DNA of 32,000 nucleotides from Cupriavidus necator (GTDB lineage Bacteria; Pseudomonadota; Gammaproteobacteria; Burkholderiales; Burkholderiaceae): NCBI RefSeq assembly GCF_016127575.1, contig NZ_CP066019.1, positions 2,250,001 to 2,282,000 of the forward strand, read 5' to 3'. Shown piece by piece: positions 25,643 to 32,000 of this stretch (position 1 is its first letter; each line of letters starts with the position of its first letter). The notes under the pieces were generated by a model. It saw only the letters and a program-made list of their open reading frames with translations, ran no database searches and was not told where the DNA came from. The position numbers and the translations under genes were made by a program.

Positions 25643-25658
25643 TTAAGGAATTCCTTAA
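25643..25658. promoter_or_regulatory. Perfect 16-bp palindrome TTAAGGAATTCCTTAA (abutting inverted heptads); candidate NarL/BvgA-type regulator site
   Basis: Read directly from the sequence. It overlaps the stop codon of hybrid kinase 2 (25655-25657) and lies 123-138 nt upstream of the regulator ATG at 25520, within a local AT-rich patch. The half-site TTCCTTA resembles the BvgA heptad TTTCCTA as I recall it. Confidence 0.4.
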
Positions 25659-28600
25659 ATAGTATCCGGCCAATTGCGTCGTGCCGCATCCTGGCTGCCT
25701 TTATCGCTTTCAGGGTCGTCAAAGTATGCTGCAAGATACAACGCCAGGTTGTCGACATGGGCTTGCACGACCGCCAGCGCCTGGGCCGCACCCAGCTCCA
25801 GTTCCCGGCACAGTTCGACAATCTCCTCGCCATCCTCGGCATGCGCCATGGCGCCCCTCATACGATGGGCATGGTGGCGGATCGCCTTCATTTCCCCGCT
25901 GGCTGCGGCCGCGGACAGTTGCCTGAAATCCTCGCGCATGGTGCGCTCCAGCAGCGCCATGCTGGCAACGTTATCCTCCACATGGGCGGCGCCCGCCGCG
26001 CCCGCGGCCCTTTGTGCCAGGCCGGATGCCTGTGCCGGCAGCACGGCGCGCAGACACTCGGCCAGGTCGCCCAGCAGGATGGGCTTGGACAGGTAGCGAT
26101 TCATGCCGGCTTCGAGGCAGCGCTCGGCCTCACCCTGCGCGATGCTCGCGGTGAGCCCGACGATGGGCAGCGTCGCCCCCTGCGCACGCAGCGTGCGGCT
26201 CAGTTCGTAGCCGTCCATGCCGGGCATATGGATATCTGTCAGCATCAGGTCAAACCTGTGCTGGCGCAACACCGCAAGCCCTTCTTCGCCACTGGCAGCA
26301 AGCGTCGGCCGGCAGCCAAGGCGCTCAAGCTGCTGCTGCATCAGCAGCCGGTTGTAGGGATGGTCGTCGACCACCAGTATCTCCAGCCCCAACTGCGGCG
26401 TGGGGTCGACAGGCGCAGCCAGCGGTGGCGCACTGACCGGCGTCATGCCGGCCGCCTTGCAAAAAGCCCGCAGGATGCCCGCCTGATGATAGGCACTGAC
26501 CAGCCAGCTGCCAGCGATCTGCTGTGGTTCCGCCGGGCCGTCGGCGCGCGCAAAGACCACGCCGGCATAGCCATCGGGAATGGCCTCGACGTGGCGGGTG
26601 GCGACCAACAGCACCATCCCTGGTTCCGGCGCCGGCCCGCGGCAAGCGATCGCCCTGCAGCCCATGGCGCGCAGATTGTCGATGGCATTGTTGCGGATTT
26701 CATCATTTTCCGACAGCACGGCCACCGGCGGCAGCACCGGCTCCACCTGTTCGCGCGGCCCGGCTTCCGGCAACCTCAGCAATACCCGGAAGACGCTGCC
26801 CTTGCCCGGTTCGCTCTGCACGGAAATGCTGCCGTCCATCAGGGCGGCCAGGCGTCTGCAGATCGACAAGCCCAGGCCCGACCCGCCAAACCGCCTTGCA
26901 GTGGAAGCATCTGCCTGCACGAAAGGCTCAAACAGCCGCGCCTGGACCTCGGGCGCAATGCCTGGCCCGGTATCCGCCACCTCAAGCTGGATGCCGATCC
27001 TGCCGTCCGCATCGGGCGCTTCACTCTGCGGCGCGCGCTGCAGGCGCACAATGACATGGCCCTGTGCCGTGAATTTCAGCGCGTTGTCGAGCAGATTGCC
27101 GATAATCTGGCGCACCCGCACCGGATCCCCGATCAGGCAAGGCAGGCCGGGCTGTGGATAGCACGGCAGCGCGATGCCTTTTTGCAGCGCGATCGGCGCC
27201 TGCGCGCGAACCGTCGATTCCAGCAGGTCGACCGGATCGAACGGCACGGCGTCCAGTTCGATCTGGCCGGCTTCCGCGCGGGAGTAGTCCAGCAGGTCAT
27301 CCAGTATCTGCAGCAGGACCTGCGACGAGGACTGGATGGTCGACAGCATCTCGCGCTGGCTGTGCGCCATCTGTGTCAGGGACAGCAGCTCCAGCGTGCC
27401 CAGCATCCCGTACAGCGGCGTGCGGATTTCGTGACTCATGGCGGCCAGGAACTGCGATTTGGCAGCGCTTGCCTCATCCGCCAGCCGACGCGCGCGCGCG
27501 AGAGCGCGGTGCGCTTCGCGTTCGCCGGTGACATCGTGGATCGCACACAGCAGCACGTCTTCACCCTCGAAGCGGGTGTGGCGGCCGACTACCAGCACGT
27601 CGCGTGCACCCCCATGGCCGGATGGCACCTGCAGCTCCAGCCGCGCGGGCTGGTCGCCCCGCCGCGCCAGCATCTGGTCCAGCCACGGGCGGCCCGCAGT
27701 GCGCGTGTCGAGCGGCAGCCATTGCGCAGCCAGCGCGTTCTCGAGCCGTACATGGGCATCGGCTGTGCGCACCACCCGCAGGCCTACCGGAGCGGCCTGC
27801 ATCACGGTACGGTTGAAGCGTTCGCTGTCCTCGATCCGTTCGGCGTCTTCCTGCATCGGCACCAACATCCGGCGCCGCAGCATGCCGGCACCGGTCAGCA
27901 CCGCAAGCACACCAAGCCCGTAGAGCAGAAGCGCGGCCGCCAGCGCCGAGCCATGATCGGCCAGCGCCTGCGACAGCGGATAGGCGTAAGCCGCGCGCCA
28001 GCCATGGTCGCGTTCCATGCGGCCAATCATCAGGCTGCCCTGCTCGAACCAGTAGGCTACGCTTTGCCCGCCGCTGCCCAACTCACGCGCCACCCGCTCA
28101 CCCAGCGCTTGCGGGCGCAGCCAGCCGGCGTCGCTGCCCCGGTACAGCAGGCGCCCTTGGCCATCGAAGAACATTGCCCGGCTGCCTGACGCGGTATGCG
28201 TGGCATCCGGGATACTGACGTCGTCCATCAGCGCGCGTACGGGAATGGCAGTCGCGCCATACGCCACGAGATTGCCGCTGGCGTCAAGGACTGGCAGAAA
28301 GCAGCTCAGTATAGGGCCCCGCTCGATGGTGCCCTGGTACGGCCCGGTCCACAGCGGTGAGGCGACCGGCGTCTCGGCTTGCGCTTCGCGCGACCGGTTC
28401 GCCAGCGCTTTGGCCCAGTTGCTGACAACCTCAGCGAGCAGCGGCCCGTTCAACCCCGGCGCACCCGGAAGCGCTGGTGTCACGTATGCCTGGCTCCCGT
28501 CGGCAGCCAGGAAAGCCGAGCGCATCCTCTGCGGCGCCTTACCCCAGTACGCGCGCTCGAAGATGGCGAATCGAACGATGTGCGAAACCGTGGCGGGACG

Positions 28601-28984
28601 CTGCGCCGCTGGCGCGGACGTGCCCATCAGCATGGTGGCAGGATTGGTCAGTCCAGGCACTTCGACGGCACGGGCACTGCCTGGAGGCACGCCCGTCAGC
28701 ATGGCTTCGAGCTGGCCCGCCAGCCGGTCGCTGCGCACCAGCCGATACTCCGGCCCGGAGATTTCTGCCATGCGCCGTATGAAATACTCGTGCATGGCCT
28801 TCACTTCCAGCACCGCGCCAAAATGCAAGCGGTTGGCCGACGCCTGTTCCCACAGGATGCGCTGGAACAGGCTATGGAGAAACAGGGCAAGGAAGCCGCT
28901 CATCACGAAGATCAGCAGGCCAACGACAACGGTGAGCAGGCTGCTGTGCACCTGCCGGTTCGCGCGCGACAGCCAGCTGACCAT
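25655..28984 (-). CDS. Unorthodox hybrid sensor histidine kinase (TM-sensor-TM-PAS-HisKA-HATPase-REC-HPt), paralog of 20580-23900
   Basis: ATG at 28984 with ACGGAG 7 nt upstream. TM1 LLTVVVGLLIFVMSGFLALFL, about 310 aa extracytoplasmic, then TM2 ALAAALLLYGLGVLAVLTGAG. H-box AAMSHEIRTPLYGMLG. NLLDNALKFT, DTGPGI and GGSGLGLSI. Receiver ILVVDDHP...DLMLTDIHMPGMDG...YLSKP. HPt-like MKAIRHHAHRMRGAMAHA. Confidence 0.9.
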   Translation of the reverse strand: MVSWLSRANRQVHSSLLTVVVGLLIFVMSGFLALFLHSLFQRILWEQASANRLHFGAVLEVKAMHEYFIRRMAEISGPEYRLVRSDRLAGQLEAMLTGVPPGSARAVEVPGLTNPATMLMGTSAPAAQRPATVSHIVRFAIFERAYWGKAPQRMRSAFLAADGSQAYVTPALPGAPGLNGPLLAEVVSNWAKALANRSREAQAETPVASPLWTGPYQGTIERGPILSCFLPVLDASGNLVAYGATAIPVRALMDDVSIPDATHTASGSRAMFFDGQGRLLYRGSDAGWLRPQALGERVARELGSGGQSVAYWFEQGSLMIGRMERDHGWRAAYAYPLSQALADHGSALAAALLLYGLGVLAVLTGAGMLRRRMLVPMQEDAERIEDSERFNRTVMQAAPVGLRVVRTADAHVRLENALAAQWLPLDTRTAGRPWLDQMLARRGDQPARLELQVPSGHGGARDVLVVGRHTRFEGEDVLLCAIHDVTGEREAHRALARARRLADEASAAKSQFLAAMSHEIRTPLYGMLGTLELLSLTQMAHSQREMLSTIQSSSQVLLQILDDLLDYSRAEAGQIELDAVPFDPVDLLESTVRAQAPIALQKGIALPCYPQPGLPCLIGDPVRVRQIIGNLLDNALKFTAQGHVIVRLQRAPQSEAPDADGRIGIQLEVADTGPGIAPEVQARLFEPFVQADASTARRFGGSGLGLSICRRLAALMDGSISVQSEPGKGSVFRVLLRLPEAGPREQVEPVLPPVAVLSENDEIRNNAIDNLRAMGCRAIACRGPAPEPGMVLLVATRHVEAIPDGYAGVVFARADGPAEPQQIAGSWLVSAYHQAGILRAFCKAAGMTPVSAPPLAAPVDPTPQLGLEILVVDDHPYNRLLMQQQLERLGCRPTLAASGEEGLAVLRQHRFDLMLTDIHMPGMDGYELSRTLRAQGATLPIVGLTASIAQGEAERCLEAGMNRYLSKPILLGDLAECLRAVLPAQASGLAQRAAGAAGAAHVEDNVASMALLERTMREDFRQLSAAAASGEMKAIRHHAHRMRGAMAHAEDGEEIVELCRELELGAAQALAVVQAHVDNLALYLAAYFDDPESDKGSQDAARRNWPDTI

Positions 28985-29205
28985 TGGCGGGCTCCGTCTC
29001 GGCAGCCTGCCTGACGCCGCGTAGCGCCCGGCGCGGGGATCGGCAAGCGCCCAAAGTGGGTGAAATACTGTCTCTGGGATTATGCATCACATTGCAGCAC
29101 GACAGATGTCCTCACCAATCCCATCGCCGGCCAAAACAAGAAACCCAGCGCGGCAGCATACAGCGCCGCACAGGGCTCAGTGGCATTACGCGGAGGGACT
29201 CGTCC

Positions 29206-29841
29206 CTACTGGTAGGTCATGGTGAACGTCATTCCCGAGTTGGCGGCGCCGGCCGCCACCGTGCTTCCGGTCTGGTAGTAGCGTGCCTTCAGTGGAATGA
29301 CGTAGCTGCCACCAGTGCTGGCTATAGTCGCTCAAGACCTTGGTGGTCCCCAGCGGAAAACATTGCCGGAATCATCGAGCAACTGCACGCCGATGCCGGA
29401 TGCCGTCGAGGAGGCATCGAGCGATACCACCGAGTTGGCGGCATCGAGAGCCGGGGTCACGGCATCGATGCGATAGCTCACCGAAGTCATGCCGGCCGGG
29501 CAGTTGTTCAGCGCGATATTGAATCCCGGCGATGACGTATAAGTGCCCGGCCCGGCAAACTCCTTGTTCTGATGCGTGCCCACCGGGGTATCGCGCGGCA
29601 CGCCGTATGTACCAGTGGGCGCGGTGAAGTCCAGTGTACCGGCACTCGGTGTGCAGGAGAAGGTCGCGCCGAACGACTGTCCATGCAGTGCCAGGCAAAA
29701 CAGCAGCGCAGCTGCCTTCAGTATGCCGTGCCATGGCCTGGCCGTCGCCTGGCCTCTGCTCACTGATCGTGTGAGGACAGACAATATCTTGTGCAAGGCG
29801 CCACCGCGCTGGCTTTGATATGGGCTTGTAGAATTCAACAT
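29206..29841 (-). pseudogene. Type-1 (chaperone-usher) fimbrial subunit interrupted by an in-frame TGA
   Basis: The ORF at 29332-29841 carries pilin signatures FNIALNNC and ASGIGVQLLDDSGN, then stops at TGA (29334-29332). The same frame continues ATIASTGGSYVIPLKARYYQTGSTVAAGAANSGMTFTMTYQ to TAG at 29208-29206. That is the canonical pilin C-terminal strand with a penultimate Tyr. The signal-like segment ILKAAALLFCLALHGQSFG-ATF has no ATG/GTG/TTG immediately before it (codons are ATA CTG AAG). The nearest starts are ATG at 29841 (AGGA 7 nt upstream, giving about a 60-aa leader) and an in-frame GTG (VSRGQATARPWHGILK) about 13 codons upstream of the signal-like segment. Confidence 0.7.
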
Positions 29842-29910
29842 CCTGATGTCCTGCGCATGCCGTGGCTGGCATGCATTAAGAAAATGGGGGCGGCACCATT
29901 CGCTCCAGCT

Positions 29911-32000
29911 TTAGCGGCAAACCGCTTCCACGGTCTGATACGAGGCATTCGCGTCTTTTTCAAGCTTCGGCAGGACATAGTCCAGCTTGCATGCTTCCGC
30001 AACGGCCCTACCCCACTTCACGCTCAGCTGGCCTGCATCCGTCTTCAGCCCGCGCGCAATGATGCGCCCGCCCTGAGCGACAGTGCCGACGCTCTGGCCT
30101 TGTGCATCGAAGACCTCCGCCCCGAACGGCAGCGGCTTGCCATCCGGTCTGTTGGCCCGCAGAAGCGCCGCACGGCCAGGGTTGTCGGTCTCGAACTTCA
30201 TCTTCACAATCGCGCCTGCGGTCGGCGCCACGTTCTGCTGCGTCGTCTTCAGCTCAACGCTCATGGGCAGCCCCTTCGGGTCGATCTCGATCTGGTTGGT
30301 GGCGAATGGCGTCAGGGTCGGCACCACGGCGTGGCCCCAGGGGTCCACGCGCAGGCCGCTGCCGTTGGCCAGGCGCGCACCCGCGGCATCCTTGGCCTCG
30401 ATGATGGCCATGGTGTCGCCCACCGTGGGCGTGAAGGCCACGCCCCCCGCATAGGCCACGATGCCGCCGCTGATGCCCAGGCCTGCTTGCGAGAAGTCGC
30501 GGCCCTTGCTGGCACTGGCCGTCATGGTCGCCATCGGCGACACATAGCCGACGTTGGCGCCGACAGTGGCTGCATCCCTGGTGTCGCCGCCACCGGTGTA
30601 GCCGGCGTTCACGCCGTAGGTGAAGGCGCTGTCCTGGCCCAGGGTGCCGGTCACTGTTTCCTGCAGCGACGTGCCCCCGGTGGAATCGTGGCTCAGGCTG
30701 GTCATCGAGTACGGCGCGTGCTGACCCTTGCCCAGCGGGATACCCACGTTGAGCATCACCCGGGTGTCCCACTTGCCTGAGCCGACGTTGAACTGGCGCG
30801 ACGCCGAGACGCCATAGTTGATGCGCTTGTAGCTGTTGTTATAGCCCGCCTGGAACTGGGTATCGGAACCGCCGCGGTTCCAGTAGTTCTGCGTGGAGCC
30901 GGACAGGTAGAACGAGCCATAGCCTTGCGGCAGCATCTGGTTGATGGTCACCTGCAGGCGCCCGCGCTGGATGCCGCCGAGGAACGTGCCAGGGCCCAGG
31001 CCGCGCTGGTCCAGGTCGCGCAGCGCCATGGCATCGGTCATGCTCAGGTAGCCGCTGCTGGAATAGCGGTAGGCGGCCAGCGTCAGGTTGGTGTTGGTCG
31101 GTGCCACCAGCTTGCTGTACGACAGCCGCATGCTCTGGCCGCTCCGGTTGGGTGCATTCTGCAGGTTGGTCCAGGCCTGGGTCACGTCGGCGCCAAAGGC
31201 GCCGAAGTCCGTGTTCAGCGCCCCGCCGCCCATCACCGCCGTGTAGTCCTGTGCCGCGATGACGCCGCCGTAGCCGGTCAGCATATTGCTGATGCCGTGC
31301 TGAACGGTTGCCTGCATCAGCATCGGCCTGCTCTGGATCGACGTATTGCGGTACTGGCCGACGGTCACGCTGTAGCGCGTGACGCCCGGGCGCAGCGCAT
31401 TGACGGCTGCGGCGTAGGGCACGCGCGAGGTATGGACGCTGCCATCGGCTTCCGTGACCACCACCTCGAGATCGCCGCCGTAGCCGGTCGGATACAGGTC
31501 ATTGATCTCGAATGCGCCGGGGGCAACCGTGGTTTCGTAGATGGTGTTGCCGCCCTGGCGGACCTGCACGCGGGCGTTGCTGTTGGCAATGCCATGGACC
31601 ACCGGCGCATAGCCGCGCTGGGATTCCGGGTACATCCGGTCGTCGCTGGCAATCTGCACGCCACGGAAGCCGAAACTGTCGAACAGGGTGCCGTCGGTGA
31701 AGGCATCGCCGATGATCAGCTGGCTCCTGATCGGCGCAATCGAGCGCTGCAGGTTGGTCTGCACGCTCTGGTAGCGCGTGCCCTCGACGTCGCCGTGCGT
31801 CAGGTTGCCCAGATGGCGAAAGCGCCAGCCACCGAAGTTGAGTCCGGCGTTCACCCCGACGTAGCTCTGCGTGGTCGATATCCCGCTGGAGTCGGAGTGA
31901 TAGACGTTGGCGTTGTACTGCAGGCGCGCCGCGGTCACGCCTTCGTCCCAGTACTTGGGATCGACATAGCCGCGCGCCGAGCGCGACATGGCGATCTGCG
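29911..32000 (-). CDS. Fimbrial outer-membrane usher (PapC/FimD family), N-terminal ~150 aa outside the window
   Basis: The frame is open to the window edge (QIA precedes the listed ATG at 31989). ARGYVDPKYWDEGVTAARLQYNANVY parallels FimD RGYIPPELWD. The body is long and rich in beta strands with many Tyr/Gly. The C-terminal domain has a Cys pair (AEACKLDYVLP...VEAVCR). Stop at 29911-29913. Confidence 0.9.
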   Translation of the reverse strand, partial: QIAMSRSARGYVDPKYWDEGVTAARLQYNANVYHSDSSGISTTQSYVGVNAGLNFGGWRFRHLGNLTHGDVEGTRYQSVQTNLQRSIAPIRSQLIIGDAFTDGTLFDSFGFRGVQIASDDRMYPESQRGYAPVVHGIANSNARVQVRQGGNTIYETTVAPGAFEINDLYPTGYGGDLEVVVTEADGSVHTSRVPYAAAVNALRPGVTRYSVTVGQYRNTSIQSRPMLMQATVQHGISNMLTGYGGVIAAQDYTAVMGGGALNTDFGAFGADVTQAWTNLQNAPNRSGQSMRLSYSKLVAPTNTNLTLAAYRYSSSGYLSMTDAMALRDLDQRGLGPGTFLGGIQRGRLQVTINQMLPQGYGSFYLSGSTQNYWNRGGSDTQFQAGYNNSYKRINYGVSASRQFNVGSGKWDTRVMLNVGIPLGKGQHAPYSMTSLSHDSTGGTSLQETVTGTLGQDSAFTYGVNAGYTGGGDTRDAATVGANVGYVSPMATMTASASKGRDFSQAGLGISGGIVAYAGGVAFTPTVGDTMAIIEAKDAAGARLANGSGLRVDPWGHAVVPTLTPFATNQIEIDPKGLPMSVELKTTQQNVAPTAGAIVKMKFETDNPGRAALLRANRPDGKPLPFGAEVFDAQGQSVGTVAQGGRIIARGLKTDAGQLSVKWGRAVAEACKLDYVLPKLEKDANASYQTVEAVCR

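Noticed and set aside
25757-28189. 810-aa plus-strand ORF (similar cases at 20628-22148 and 22878-23903)
   Set aside because: These are antisense to the two hybrid kinase genes, whose H, N, G, REC and HPt motifs unambiguously define the coding strand.
28985-29205. Possible terminator after the pilin gene (imperfect stem around 29140-29175, with tttcttgtttt on the minus strand)
   Set aside because: The stem has only 5-6 clean base pairs with mismatches. I could not define a convincing hairpin by eye, so co-transcription into kinase 2 remains open.
29372-29872. 166-aa alternate-frame ORF overlapping the pilin gene. It contains the only ATG close to the signal-like segment.
   Set aside because: Its product (MPATACAGHQDVEF...) has no pilin or other features. 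The pilin signatures are all in the 29206-29841 frame.
1-32000. Search for CRISPR arrays, tRNA/rRNA genes and long (>30 bp) dispersed repeats
   Set aside because: Reading both strands found no regularly spaced direct repeats, no cloverleaf-like or rRNA-like segments, and no long identical duplications. The only repeats seen are the 15-bp tandem at 16146-16175 and paralog-level similarity among the kinase and regulator genes.

Overview
This is a GC-rich segment, roughly 65-68% GC by eye. Gene content and codon bias look like a Cupriavidus/Ralstonia-type betaproteobacterium, but that is inference only. I saw no rRNA, tRNA or CRISPR array.

Positions 1-13.7 kb look like ordinary chromosome:
- a partial MFS transporter followed by an HDAC-like amidohydrolase and an M20 carbamoyl-amidase in one operon
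- a TTG-initiated rubredoxin
- a 1329-aa DUF748/AsmA-like envelope protein
- a second MFS transporter
- a signal-peptide-less PHB-depolymerase-family esterase, divergent from an FNR-type regulator
- a conserved operon of unknown function: a small secreted protein, DUF3300 and DUF2950

An IS3-family orfA remnant and a spacer of about 33-50% GC (13.77-14.9 kb) mark a change in character. The rest reads as accessory DNA:
- an orphan LysR regulator
- an orphan BvgA-like response regulator
- a DHA2-MFS/MarR efflux pair
- a single 373-aa gene of about 50% GC that I cannot assign to any family
- a co-oriented block on the minus strand: usher (partial), a pilin interrupted by an in-frame TGA, hybrid kinase, NarL-type regulator, a NarL-type regulator with a degenerate receiver, and a second hybrid kinase

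The most interesting signals are:
- the two-kinase, pseudo-receiver phosphorelay attached to the pilus genes
- a perfect 16-bp abutting-heptad palindrome in the kinase-regulator spacer
- the orphan low-GC protein
- the DUF3300/DUF2950 module

The ORF track translates GTG/TTG starts as M. Several starts were refined by eye using Shine-Dalgarno spacing. Many long ORFs in the track are antisense shadow ORFs typical of high-GC DNA and were rejected.
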